A stretch of 64,000 nucleotides of DNA from Desulfarculia bacterium (GTDB lineage Bacteria > Desulfobacterota > Desulfarculia > Adiutricales > JAGVGV01), in NCBI GenBank assembly GCA_963662445.1, contig OY759590.1:3520249-3584248 (forward strand), in the 5' to 3' direction. Of this stretch, positions 1 to 9,493 are shown piece after piece. The translations under genes and the position numbers were made by a program. The notes under the pieces were generated by a model. The model saw nothing but the letters and a program-made list of their open reading frames with translations. It did not search any database and was not told where the DNA came from. Positions within the stretch are counted from its first letter, which is position 1, and the number at the start of each line of letters is the position of its first letter.

Positions 1-1472
1 TTGTCAACGGCCCCATCACCTACACCCCGGACAGCGCCCAGCTCCTCGGCCCGGTCTACGGCCTGCGCAACTTCTACTCCATGGCCGGCTGCAACTTCGG
101 CATCACTCAGGCCGGCGGCGTCGGCAAGTATCTGGCCGAATGGATTGTCTACGGCGAACCGAGCATCGACCTGGCCTCGCTGGACCCGCGGCGTTTCGGC
201 ACCTGGACCAGCAAGAAATACACGCTGGAAAAGGTCCACGAAGCTTACCGCATGCAGTATCAGCTCAGCGCCCCGGACACCCAGCGGGAAGCTGGCCGTC
301 CCATCAAGACCACCCCGGTCTACGACCTGCAGAAACAGGCCGGAGCGATCTTCGAGTCCCGGTATGGCTGGGAACGCGCCGCCTGGTTTGTCCCGGAAGG
401 CGTCGAACCTGTGGACACCTATTCCTTCCGCCGCGACAACAGCTACTTCAAGTACGTCGGAGAAGAAGCCAAGGGCTGCCGCGACCGCGTCGGCCTGTAT
501 GAGCTCAGCTCTTTCGCCAAATACATGGTTTCCGGCCCCGGAGCCGAGGCTTACCTGAACCACCTGACCAGCGGACGCCTGCCCAAGATCGGCCGCGTCG
601 GCTACAACGTGATGTGCACCCCCAAGGGCTTCATCGGGGAAGACATGACCATCGCCAGGCTGGCCGCTGACAGGTTCTACGTGGTCACAGCCGCCGGTTC
701 CGAACACAAGTGCCTCCAGCACCTCGAAGAGCACCAGCCCAAAGACGGCTCCGTGACTGTTGAAAACGTCACCATGAAGTACGGCGTTCTGGCCGTGATC
801 GGGCCGAAGTCAAGGGACCTGCTCTCCAGAATCACCGAATCCGACCTGTCCAACCAGGCCTTCCCTTACTACTCCTACCAGGATATCCTCGTCGGCTATT
901 CTCCGGTCAAGGCTCTCCGGGTGAACTTCGCCGGCGAACTGGGCTGGGAACTCCATGTGGAAACCCAGTTCATGAGATCCGTCTATCTGGACATTCAGGA
1001 AGCCGGCAAGGAATTCGGCCTGGTCAACTGCGGTCTCCGGGCGGTCCTCAACTCCATGCGCCTGGAAAAGGGCTACCTCATGGCCGGAGATATCTGCGGC
1101 GAGGAAACCCCGCTGCAGGCCGGTCTGGACTTCTTCGTCAAATTCGACAAGGGTGATTTCGTCGGACGGGAAGCCCTGCTCAAGCAGAAGGAAGAAGGCC
1201 TTCCCAGCAAAATGGTGTTTATGACCGTTGAAGCCGACGACGCGGACGCTTACGGCGATGAAGCCATCTGGTCCGGCGGCCAGGTAGTGGGCCGGGTTAC
1301 TTCCGGCGGTTACGGCCACCGCGTGGACAAGAGTATAGCCTTCGGGTTCGTCAAACCGGAATACGCCAAGCCCGGCACGGCGTTGGAAATCGAAATCCTG
1401 AACGACCGCCGCAAAGCGACCGTACTGGAAGCTCCGGTTTACGACCCGATGAACGAAAAACTCAGGGCCTAG
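1..1472 (+). CDS. FAD-dependent oxidoreductase fused to GcvT (aminomethyltransferase/folate-binding) domain, dimethylglycine/sarcosine dehydrogenase family; 5' end outside window
   Basis: The frame is open from base 3 (VNGPITYTPDSAQLLGPVYGLRNFYSMAGCNFGITQAGG...), so the ORF-track start at 81 is internal. 'GITQAGGVGKYLAEWIVYGEPSIDL' is the end of a DAO-type FAD domain. The following ~380 aa have GcvT-fold features (YELSSFAKYMVSGPGAEAYL, NFAGELGWELHV, RLEKGY). A terminator follows. Confidence 0.8.
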   Translation, partial: VNGPITYTPDSAQLLGPVYGLRNFYSMAGCNFGITQAGGVGKYLAEWIVYGEPSIDLASLDPRRFGTWTSKKYTLEKVHEAYRMQYQLSAPDTQREAGRPIKTTPVYDLQKQAGAIFESRYGWERAAWFVPEGVEPVDTYSFRRDNSYFKYVGEEAKGCRDRVGLYELSSFAKYMVSGPGAEAYLNHLTSGRLPKIGRVGYNVMCTPKGFIGEDMTIARLAADRFYVVTAAGSEHKCLQHLEEHQPKDGSVTVENVTMKYGVLAVIGPKSRDLLSRITESDLSNQAFPYYSYQDILVGYSPVKALRVNFAGELGWELHVETQFMRSVYLDIQEAGKEFGLVNCGLRAVLNSMRLEKGYLMAGDICGEETPLQAGLDFFVKFDKGDFVGREALLKQKEEGLPSKMVFMTVEADDADAYGDEAIWSGGQVVGRVTSGGYGHRVDKSIAFGFVKPEYAKPGTALEIEILNDRRKATVLEAPVYDPMNEKLRA

Positions 1473-1526
1473 CAAACAGAAATCTCCCCCCGGCGGAGAT
1501 TCTGAACTGACGGCAGCCCCGAGATG

Positions 1527-1570
1527 GCATCCATCCGCGTTCCCCGGCGCGGGTGGATGCTTCTTTTTTT
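1527..1570 (+). terminator. Rho-independent terminator after the GcvT-fusion gene
   Basis: GCATCCATCCGCG / CGCGGGTGGATGC forms a 13-bp stem with one G-U pair, followed by TTCTTTTTTT. Confidence 0.7.
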
Positions 1571-1753
1571 ATACCCCATTATTCTCCTCGCGAGAAGTCA
1601 TAATATGTCAGGATGCATTTCCCCGGCAGCCCCGCATGATGACGCTCTTCCGCAACCGGAATGACTCAAGAGGCGTCATAAAACTACCAAGGCCAATCCC
1701 CCTCGGAAAGCCGCAAAATTCTCCACCTGCGAAAGCTACCTCTGTAGTCCGTG

Positions 1754-1782
1754 TTGAAAGCGCTCCTTGCATGTTGCATAAT
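1754..1782 (+). promoter_or_regulatory. Candidate sigma-70 promoter for the sensor kinase gene
   Basis: TTGAAA, 17 nt spacer, CATAAT. It ends only 12 nt before ATG 1794, so the real start may be GTG 1809, which is preceded by GAGG. Confidence 0.35.
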
Positions 1783-1793
1783 TAAATAAACAC

Positions 1794-4088
1794 ATGAATG
1801 AGGTAGCTGTGAAGCGCGTAACATCCTTTCAGGTTATAAAGGAATCCTGGTGGATTACCGCCGCGATAGTCTTCCTGGCCGCCGGTTTGGTCACCTTCAG
1901 CCTCATTGTCTTAGATTCATTGAAAAATGAAGCCCGAAACGATTACCAGGAAAAAAATATCAGGCTACTGGAAAAAGAACTCGACCGCCTGGTTTTCAAC
2001 CGTATCCCGGCTCAGGCGGCCAATCTGGCCCGCAATGACGAAATAGTAAACTTGGCCTTGGGTAACACCCCGCCCGACAATACACAGGCTCTGACCATAC
2101 TGGAAACAGCCAGACAAGTCTCGGAAGCCTCAATCGTCTACGTAATGAACCCAAACGGTCTCGTGGTGGGATGCAGCCCCATGGTCAGCGGTGAGACCCT
2201 GACCGGAGACGAGTATGCCTTCCGGCCCTATTTCAAAGCGGCCATCGGAGGCGAGAATCTGATCTATCCGGCCCTTGGACTCTCCACCGCTGAAAGAGGC
2301 ATCTACTTCAGCGTTCCCATTAAGGCTTTCCCCGGCAACCAGCCAATAGGCGTACTGGTTTATAAGGCTTCCCTCGCCCCAATCGACGCCTTGCTGCGGC
2401 AATTCGAGGATCCCGTGGCGCTGTTGTCCCCGGATGGGGTTGTCTTTGCCAGCAATCAGCCCGGCTGGCTCTATCATGCCGCCTTTCCCATTGAAAAAAC
2501 CAGGCTGACCGAACTGATCGCCAGCAGACAGTTCGCCGATCAGCCCTTGCCGTCCCTGCCTTTCAACCTGGCTGGCGGCCTGGTCTTCATCGATCAGGAC
2601 TTGTTTGCCGCCAGCCGCCGCCCGCTACCGGTCGCGGACTGGCTCATCTGCACCATCGTCAGCATGAGTGTTTCATATCCCGTCCCGGCCCACAGAATGC
2701 AAATATTCCTGGCCGGCCTTTTTATTTATCTGATTCTGTCCGGAATCATCCTCATCCTTCTATTCAATATTCACAAACGGAGAAGAGTGGAAAGGGAACT
2801 GCGGGTCAGTGAAAAAAAATACCGCTCCCTTTTTGAAGATTCCCCCGTCTCCCTCTGGGAAGAGGATTTCTCGGCAGTCAGAAACTTTTTTGACGAGCTA
2901 AAAAGTGCGGGTTGCGAAGACGTGCCCCGGTTTATCGAAACCGATGCCGACGAGGCCATGAAATGTGCCGGAAAAATCCAGGTGGTGGACGTAAACCGGG
3001 CCACGCTGAGGCTTTTCAAGGCCAAAACCAAGGAAGACCTCTACGGCGGCCTGGACAAAATTTTGCCCTCGTCCTCCAAGGACGCCTTCAAGGAGGAACT
3101 GCTGGCCCTCGCACGAGGAGACCAGTATTTTGAAACCGAACTGGTTAACCGGACCCTGGACGGCGAAGTCAGGGAGGTTCAAGTACGACTCTCAGTGGCT
3201 CCGGGCTTCGAAAAAAGCCTTAAAAAAGTGCTCGTTTCCATGTTGGACGTCACCAGCCGGAACCAGGCCGTCAGAGCCCTTCGGGCAAGCGATGTACGCC
3301 ATAAAAAGATTCTGAAGACCTTCCCCCATCCCGTGGCGATCTTCGAGCCGGGCGGGCGGGTCTCCCAGATCAATCCGGCCTTCACCCAGGTCTTTGGATG
3401 GACTTATGATGAATTGCCCGGCCGCCTTGCCGACTACTTCCCGGCCGAGGATTTCCCCGCTTTCCTGGAGCTGTTCAAGTGCATGCTGAGTGGGGAAAGC
3501 CGGGCTGGCAGTGAAACCCGTTGCTACAATAAAAAAGGCGCCATTCTTAATGTCAGCATCAGTTTCGCCTCTTGGCGGGACCTTGCCGGAGCGCCCGCCG
3601 GACATGTGGTGATTATCCAGGATATAACCGACAGGAAAAAACTGGAGGCCCAACTGAGGCAGGCCCAGAAGATGGAGGCCATCGGGACTTTGGCCGGTGG
3701 TTTAGCCCACGATTTCAATAACATGCTACAGGGTATCTCCGGTTATATCAGTCTGATGCTGCTAAGCAGAAAATCGGAAGACAAGGAAAGGGAATATCTT
3801 AGAACCGTGGACCACATAATCCGGCGTTCGACCGGAATGATACGCCAACTGCTGACCATCAGCCGCAATGAGGAACGCGACCTCCGGCCCTTGGATTTCA
3901 ACAAGGAGATTCAGGATACGTGCAGTCTGCTGGAAAGGGCCATCCCCCGCACGATAAGGATCGAAACTCGCCTCGACAACAAGCCGCTGTTCGTCAATGC
4001 CGATCCCACCCAATTGGAGCAAGTGATACTGAACCTGGGAACAAATGCCAGGGATGCCATGCCGGATGGTGGGGATTTGGTGTTCTAA
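1794..4088 (+). CDS. Hybrid sensor histidine kinase, N-terminal fragment (ends at in-frame TAA)
   Basis: 764-aa ORF. Two TM segments flank a ~270-aa periplasmic sensor region, followed by PAS-like repeats. H-box 'LAGGLAHDFNNML' and N-box 'NLGTNARDAMPDGG' are present. The ORF terminates at TAA 4086-4088 inside the HATPase domain. Confidence 0.8.
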   Translation: MNEVAVKRVTSFQVIKESWWITAAIVFLAAGLVTFSLIVLDSLKNEARNDYQEKNIRLLEKELDRLVFNRIPAQAANLARNDEIVNLALGNTPPDNTQALTILETARQVSEASIVYVMNPNGLVVGCSPMVSGETLTGDEYAFRPYFKAAIGGENLIYPALGLSTAERGIYFSVPIKAFPGNQPIGVLVYKASLAPIDALLRQFEDPVALLSPDGVVFASNQPGWLYHAAFPIEKTRLTELIASRQFADQPLPSLPFNLAGGLVFIDQDLFAASRRPLPVADWLICTIVSMSVSYPVPAHRMQIFLAGLFIYLILSGIILILLFNIHKRRRVERELRVSEKKYRSLFEDSPVSLWEEDFSAVRNFFDELKSAGCEDVPRFIETDADEAMKCAGKIQVVDVNRATLRLFKAKTKEDLYGGLDKILPSSSKDAFKEELLALARGDQYFETELVNRTLDGEVREVQVRLSVAPGFEKSLKKVLVSMLDVTSRNQAVRALRASDVRHKKILKTFPHPVAIFEPGGRVSQINPAFTQVFGWTYDELPGRLADYFPAEDFPAFLELFKCMLSGESRAGSETRCYNKKGAILNVSISFASWRDLAGAPAGHVVIIQDITDRKKLEAQLRQAQKMEAIGTLAGGLAHDFNNMLQGISGYISLMLLSRKSEDKEREYLRTVDHIIRRSTGMIRQLLTISRNEERDLRPLDFNKEIQDTCSLLERAIPRTIRIETRLDNKPLFVNADPTQLEQVILNLGTNARDAMPDGGDLVF

Positions 4089-4097
4089 TCGCGGCGT

Positions 4098-4796
4098 GTG
4101 GAAATCGGCGGGGAATCCAGTCAGCCGCACCTGGATCTCAATCCGGGAAGATATGCCTTGCTGAAGGTTTCGGACACGGGCTCCGGCATGTCCCCGGAGA
4201 TTGTCGAACGGATTTTCGAGCCGTTTTTCACCACCAAGGATTCGAGTCACGGCACGGGATTGGGACTGGCCATGGTTTACAACATCATAAAAAACCATAA
4301 CGGAAGAATCACCTGCTACAGTGAAACAGGCCAAGGCACAACGTTCTCCCTCTATCTGCCTCTTCTCGATAGGCAGGACACCTACCGGGAAACCACCCCC
4401 GAAAAAGAAACGGAAATAACCGGCGGCCAGGAACGCATCCTGCTGGTGGACGATGACGTGAACATTCTCGATACCAGCCAGGCCATACTGGAACAGTTCG
4501 GCTACACGGTGCTGCGGGCGGAAAGCGGCGAAGAGGCTGTGGAAATCTATCTGGACAAAGGATCTGAAATCGACATGGTCGTCCTGGACCTGAATATGCC
4601 GGGAATGGGCGGAACCAAGTGTATGCATCAGCTCCTTGAGATAAATGCAAAAAGCAAAGTGCTTGTCACCAGCGGCCTTCTGACCGAACAGCGGACCAGT
4701 GAGACTCTTTTTCCCGGCGCGGCCGGCATACTGGGCAAACCGTATCGCCTCACCGATCTCCTGGGAAATATCCGGTTAATCTTGGACTCTTCGTGA
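4098..4796 (+). CDS. Hybrid sensor histidine kinase, C-terminal fragment (rest of HATPase_c plus receiver domain)
   Basis: Same reading frame as 1794..4088, resuming 9 nt after the TAA. G1 'DTGSGM' and G2 'GTGLGLAMV' boxes are present. A receiver domain follows ('ILLVDDD', 'VVLDLNMPGMGG'). Confidence 0.75.
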   Translation: MEIGGESSQPHLDLNPGRYALLKVSDTGSGMSPEIVERIFEPFFTTKDSSHGTGLGLAMVYNIIKNHNGRITCYSETGQGTTFSLYLPLLDRQDTYRETTPEKETEITGGQERILLVDDDVNILDTSQAILEQFGYTVLRAESGEEAVEIYLDKGSEIDMVVLDLNMPGMGGTKCMHQLLEINAKSKVLVTSGLLTEQRTSETLFPGAAGILGKPYRLTDLLGNIRLILDSS

Positions 4797-4923
4797 TCCG
4801 AAGCCTCTTCAAAAGGCCGATTTGGTTTGAAACCGAGACGGGCGAGTTTTTTTACTCCAGGGAATATTGGGCCAAAGGGAACCTTTCCCCAGAGGTTGTC
4901 AAGAATAGTATCAACGTTTACGC

Positions 4924-5541
4924 CTACCCGGCCTCTGGGCTTGTAATTCGTTTCCGCATGAGGCATCTCCAGGCTCTGGGCGGGTTCTCGCGCTTCGATC
5001 CGAAGTGGCTGGATTCAAGTGAAAGTATCTCAAAATAAGGTTCCACGGCCAGGACAATATCTCCCGCTGTCCGTTGAGGCGGCCCGGGACCCAGGCGATC
5101 CTCATCGGCATTGCCGGCGAGTGTCAGCCAGAGGCCGGCTTCTCCCAGATGCGCGGCGGCATTTTGCGCGAATCTTTTTCGATCATCTTCCGAGTTGAAT
5201 GAATGGAAACATCCCCGATCAAAAATAAAACCAAAAGGCATGCCTTCAATTTTGCTTCTGAGAAAGTCAATAAGTATGAAACTGCATTCAATGCCGGCGT
5301 TGGCGGCCTTTTCCCTGGCTTTCTCCAGCGCAATGTCAGCAACATCAGTACCGGTAACCTTAAAACCTTTCCGGGCGAGCCATATGGAATTGTCTCCGGT
5401 CCCACAACCAATATCCAGGGCTTTGCAGGCCGGTACAGGCCTACCGGTTACCGTTTCGACAAGATTAAAATCCGGCTGTCCGAGGTCCCAGGGAGTATTT
5501 CCCGATTCATATCTTGCCTTGTAACCATTTTCAATGGTCAT
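4924..5541 (-). CDS. Class I SAM-dependent methyltransferase (TPMT-like)
   Basis: SAM motif I 'LDIGCGTGDNSIWLARKGFKVTGTDV'. The N-terminus 'GNTPWDLGQP' resembles thiopurine/halide methyltransferases. ATG 5541 was chosen because GGGGG lies 8 nt upstream; the ORF track extends to 5619. Confidence 0.7.
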   Translation of the reverse strand: MTIENGYKARYESGNTPWDLGQPDFNLVETVTGRPVPACKALDIGCGTGDNSIWLARKGFKVTGTDVADIALEKAREKAANAGIECSFILIDFLRSKIEGMPFGFIFDRGCFHSFNSEDDRKRFAQNAAAHLGEAGLWLTLAGNADEDRLGPGPPQRTAGDIVLAVEPYFEILSLESSHFGSKRENPPRAWRCLMRKRITSPEAG

Positions 5542-5824
5542 CTGAATGCCCCCTAAAGCGCTGTCAACGGAAATGGCACGGCAAGCACCGCCTTTGCCTT
5601 TTGCAGAGGCTTCAGGCATGGTAATTCAGAGAATCCGTCACAGTCAACCAGATATCCCTCTTTCAAACCATACTTGATACCGGCAAAATCAGGAGTGAAA
5701 GACGTTGTTATGGGAATTAGAAGCATCCGGGACCTTCCAGCTTCAGATAAAAAAACCGTCATCAGAATAAAGCACCCGGAGTGCTTCACTCGAATGACGG
5801 CTTTCTAATCCCGCCAGAATTGTT

Positions 5825-6484
5825 TCAACCTTCGCGGTAGTAGAATTTCCTGATGTATTCTTCCTGAGCGGAATAAGACCAATGTACATCCCGCATGACA
5901 TGTACCGCCCGGTCGAGGTCTTTCCTGATGATGCTGTCAATAAACTCATCATGCTCATCCGAGTTGCGCAGTTCCCATTCCTTGACAAACCGGCGCCGCG
6001 GAAAATCGTAAAGCAACTGCTTGAAAGGCATTATGACCCGGCTCAGGGACTGGTTTTCGGACAGGCTCAGAAAGGTGTCGTGGAAATTGATATTCATCTG
6101 GTAGTGAGAGCTGAAGTCATCCCTGAGCAGGGCTTCCCGCATGTCCTCATTGATTTTTCTCATCCGGCGGATATGATCTTCGGTGATTCGGTCAAAAACA
6201 GTAGCTATGATGGCGCCTTCCAGGGCTCCGACTATCTCGTAGGCGTCTTTAATATCGTTCAAAGCCACCGTCCGGACGGTCACGCCCCTTCTGGGCAGGA
6301 TGTTGACCAGGCCTTCTGTTTCAAGCTGGATAAGAGCGTCACGAAGTGGGGTTTTGCTGATTCCCAGTTCCTTGCTTATGGCGTTCAGATTGATTGAGGC
6401 CCCAGGCTTGAGCTTACCGCGTTCTATTTGGTCCCGCAGATATTCATAGACCTGTTCTCTGAGGCTTTTGACGTTCAACATCAT
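5825..6484 (-). CDS. GntR family (FadR/FCD subfamily) transcriptional regulator
   Basis: N-terminal winged HTH 'ISKELGISKTPLRDALIQLETEGLVNILPRRG'. The C-terminal ~140 aa is an all-helical FCD-type domain. Confidence 0.85.
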   Translation of the reverse strand: MMLNVKSLREQVYEYLRDQIERGKLKPGASINLNAISKELGISKTPLRDALIQLETEGLVNILPRRGVTVRTVALNDIKDAYEIVGALEGAIIATVFDRITEDHIRRMRKINEDMREALLRDDFSSHYQMNINFHDTFLSLSENQSLSRVIMPFKQLLYDFPRRRFVKEWELRNSDEHDEFIDSIIRKDLDRAVHVMRDVHWSYSAQEEYIRKFYYREG

Positions 6485-6648
6485 AGGATTTCACCAGATC
6501 CGCGGCTTCGCTGTTTTTTTTTGATATCGTCTCAATGTTCTTTTTGCGGGATAAACCTGCCCGTCAACGGCCTCAGTCCCCTTGATTGAGGTTTCACCCA
6601 CCAAGGCCGTTGCTTGCAGAAAGTCCCTTATAAAGAAAGTCTCCGCTT

Positions 6649-6690
6649 AAAAATCTGGTGGAGCCGGTGGCTTGTCACTCTGGCTCCACC
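6649..6690 (-). terminator. Terminator-like hairpin after the ABC operon
   Basis: On the minus strand GGTGGAGCC ... GGCTCCACC forms a 9-bp stem, followed by AGATTTTTA. Confidence 0.45.
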
Positions 6691-6741
6691 CCGTACCCGA
6701 TCACTTCGCGGAGTAACTTTGTAGTGATACTACATTTGAGG

Positions 6742-7515
6742 CTAAAGCGTCAACTTTGATGCGTCGGTAATTGTCTGTCTCAGTTTCAGAAAATCCATAT
6801 CAGTATGTTCCCTGGGACGGGGCAGCGGAACATCGTAGACAGAGGCCATACGCCCTGGCAGTTTATTTTCCAGGGTGACGATACGGTCGGCCAGGAAGAT
6901 GGCTTCGTCGATATTGTTGGTGACAAAAAGGACGGTGCGTTTTTCCTGTTGCCAGATCCGTTCGGTCTCTTTCTCCATGAACATTCTGGTCTGAGCGTCA
7001 AGCTGTCCGAACGGCTCGTCGAGAAGCATGACATCGGGGTTGTTGGCATAGGCCCTCGCAATGCCCACCCTTTGTTTCATACCGCCGCTGAGCTGGTGCG
7101 GGTAGTGTTTTTCGAAGCCGGTCAGTCCGACCAGGTCAATGTAATGCTGGGCGATTTCACGGCGCTTCTTTTTATCCACGCCGCGAAGCTTCGGCCCCAT
7201 TTCCACATTGCCCATAACCGTTCTCCAGGCAAAGAGCATGTAGCCCTGGAAAACTATGCCCCGGTCTGGTCCCGGGCCTGATACTTCCTTACCGTTCAGG
7301 TATACATTCCCTTCGGAAGGCGTCTCCAGGCCGGCGATTATCCGGAGCAAGGTGCTTTTGCCACATTGTCCCGGGCCCAGTATGACCACAAATTCGTTCT
7401 CCTTAACACCAACGCTGATGTTCTCGAGAACGTGGACCTGCTGAGTTCCCTTCTGGATGAACGTCTTACTGATATTCTCACAAAATATCTTGACGTTGTT
7501 CTTGTCGACAGTCAC
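6742..7515 (-). CDS. ABC transporter ATP-binding protein (NitT/TauT nitrate/sulfonate/taurine family)
   Basis: Walker A 'GPGQCGKST', canonical signature 'LSGGMKQR', Walker B 'VMLLDEP'. Confidence 0.9.
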   Translation of the reverse strand: MTVDKNNVKIFCENISKTFIQKGTQQVHVLENISVGVKENEFVVILGPGQCGKSTLLRIIAGLETPSEGNVYLNGKEVSGPGPDRGIVFQGYMLFAWRTVMGNVEMGPKLRGVDKKKRREIAQHYIDLVGLTGFEKHYPHQLSGGMKQRVGIARAYANNPDVMLLDEPFGQLDAQTRMFMEKETERIWQQEKRTVLFVTNNIDEAIFLADRIVTLENKLPGRMASVYDVPLPRPREHTDMDFLKLRQTITDASKLTL

Positions 7516-7584
7516 GATATTTCCTTTCTCACAAACTCTGTCTTCATTATTGTTCCAACGGTCCCGTTCGAACGGCTCCGTTAA

Positions 7585-8466
7585 TTACAGGTTTTCAATG
7601 GACCGGCGCCACGGGCACAGGAACTTTTCCAGATAACTTACGCCCATGGTGGTAATCCAGGCCACGATAGCTATGATAACCATGCCGCCGATAACCAGGG
7701 CCGGATCGGAAAGTTTCATACCGCGGATGATGATCCATCCCATTCCAGACCGGGCGCTGACCAGTTCGGCTGCAAGCACGCATGTCCAGGCCGAAGACAG
7801 GGATATCTGAAGACCGGCGAAGATGGCCGGAAAAGACGCGGGAAAACTCACCTGGAAAATTTCGTCCTGACGGTTGCCGCCGAGAACCCTGACAACGTCG
7901 TAAAGCTCGGGTTCAATAAGCCTGACACCGTTGTAAGCGTTGAGCAGGCAAGGCACGAACGTTCCGATAACAATGATGAAAACCTTGGAACCTTCACCGA
8001 TGCCGAACCACAGAATCGCTATGGATATCCAGGCGATAGGCGGCATGGGCTTGAATATGTCGAAAACAGGCTTGACAATGGCGTTGACGTACCGGTTCAG
8101 GGCCATGAACAATCCCAGGGGGATAGCGAAGGCCGAGGCCAGCGTGAAGCCGATGAGGATGCGGCGCGTACTGGCCCAGATATGTCCCCAGAGAGTCAGG
8201 CCGGCCAGCTTTGTGTCGGCCATGTGCTTCATCTTGTCCAGCACTTCAAAAGGCGTGGCCAACGAACTGCCAAGAATCTGAGCCTTGGCCACAATGTGCC
8301 AGATAACAAAGAAGGAAACCATGGAAACGCCATAAAGAAAATATTCGTTGCCGAGTATACGCCCTATGGTAATCGGCTTTTTCTCTTTTGTTTCCTTGAC
8401 TATTTCATTGGCGATGGAACTGTCGCCGCCGACTTTTCCCGCCGTATTCTGATCAACGGAACTCAA
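7585..8466 (-). CDS. ABC transporter permease (NitT/TauT family)
   Basis: Polytopic membrane protein of the binding-protein-dependent inner-membrane component type ('LAAELVSARSGMGWII'). Confidence 0.9.
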   Translation of the reverse strand: MSSVDQNTAGKVGGDSSIANEIVKETKEKKPITIGRILGNEYFLYGVSMVSFFVIWHIVAKAQILGSSLATPFEVLDKMKHMADTKLAGLTLWGHIWASTRRILIGFTLASAFAIPLGLFMALNRYVNAIVKPVFDIFKPMPPIAWISIAILWFGIGEGSKVFIIVIGTFVPCLLNAYNGVRLIEPELYDVVRVLGGNRQDEIFQVSFPASFPAIFAGLQISLSSAWTCVLAAELVSARSGMGWIIIRGMKLSDPALVIGGMVIIAIVAWITTMGVSYLEKFLCPWRRSIENL

Positions 8467-8471
8467 GGTCC

Positions 8472-9266
8472 TTACCTCCTTATACCGGCCAGGAGTTTTC
8501 TTTCCACCCGGTCGATGACGACGCCGATCACGGCGCCTGCGATGCCCACGCTAACCATGCCCAACACAACCATGTCAGGCAAGGCGAGCCGCCGGCCCAT
8601 GGTGATAAGGAAACCCAGACCCTGGTCAGCCGCCAAAAGTTCCGCGCCGACCAGATTGACCCAGCAATAGGCCAAGGCTATCTGAAGCGCACCGAAGACC
8701 ATGGGCAGAGACGAGGGAACACAGACCTTGGTGAATATCTGCCAGTTAGTCGCGCCGTAAGTCTTGGCCATCTGAATGAAAGTCGGGTTGGTCATTTTCA
8801 CGCCCACGTAAGCATTGATTACGCAGGGAACAATGCCAGCGATCCAGATGATGAAAATCTTTCCGGGTATACCAATTCCGAACCAGAAAATGGTCAATGG
8901 AATCCAGGCAATGGGGGGAATTGGCCGAATCATTTCAAATATAGGTCTGGTCAAGCCTCTGACGATCTTGAACCATCCCATGAACAGTCCCAAAGGCAGT
9001 CCGACCAGCAGAGCCAGCAGGTATCCGGTGAAAGCCTCCTGGACGCTGACCCAGGCGTGCTGAGCCAGCACGGCCCCGTCGGGATTCGGGTCTGTCAATT
9101 TCACGATAAATAGTTTTACCACCTGAGATGGGGCTGCCAGCATGGTGCTCGGAACAATTCCCGAATCCACCAGGAACTCCCAAATTCCGAAAAACGCCAC
9201 GACACTCAATATGGGCAGTATCTTCAAGCTCAGGGGCGTTGTTCTTTTTACTTCCTCGTACGCCAT
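8472..9266 (-). CDS. ABC transporter permease (NitT/TauT family)
   Basis: Paralogous to 7585..8466 ('LVGAELLAADQGLGFLI'). It starts 5 nt upstream of that gene on the same strand. Confidence 0.9.
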   Translation of the reverse strand: MAYEEVKRTTPLSLKILPILSVVAFFGIWEFLVDSGIVPSTMLAAPSQVVKLFIVKLTDPNPDGAVLAQHAWVSVQEAFTGYLLALLVGLPLGLFMGWFKIVRGLTRPIFEMIRPIPPIAWIPLTIFWFGIGIPGKIFIIWIAGIVPCVINAYVGVKMTNPTFIQMAKTYGATNWQIFTKVCVPSSLPMVFGALQIALAYCWVNLVGAELLAADQGLGFLITMGRRLALPDMVVLGMVSVGIAGAVIGVVIDRVERKLLAGIRR

Positions 9267-9358
9267 CTAACCTCTCCCGCCGATTGGTTAATGTTCTCGG
9301 GGCCATTCCCGGCATCACGGCCAGTCCACCGCCCCTCATCCAAAGCTGATATTTTTTT

Positions 9359-9386
9359 GTGACCGGGGCTCACAAGCCCCGGTCAC
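9359..9386 (-). other. Strong intergenic stem-loop between the binding-protein gene and the permease gene
   Basis: GTGACCGGGGC-TCACAA-GCCCCGGTCAC is a perfect 11-bp stem. A second imperfect hairpin lies at about 9405..9460. There is no U-tract on the transcribed (minus) strand, so this looks like an mRNA-stability or attenuation element rather than a terminator. Confidence 0.5.
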
Positions 9387-9493
9387 TTTAGGTTCACTTG
9401 GGTCAGGTCTGTGCCGCCCTGCCCTGTTCCCTTCAGGGAGCAGAGGCAGGACGGCCACAATTCAAAGCGTGAACCAGTTCAAAACGTCGTCAA

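Noticed and set aside
4086-4088. Whether the in-frame stop in the sensor kinase could be a selenocysteine codon, given that tRNA-Sec is encoded in this window.
   Set aside because: The codon is TAA, not TGA, and I saw no SECIS-like hairpin. I also found no convincing in-frame TGA selenoprotein candidate elsewhere in the window.
5553-5789. A 78-aa minus-strand ORF between the methyltransferase and GntR genes.
   Set aside because: It overlaps the probable non-coding 5' extension of the methyltransferase ORF. It has no RBS or recognisable domain, so I cannot support it.
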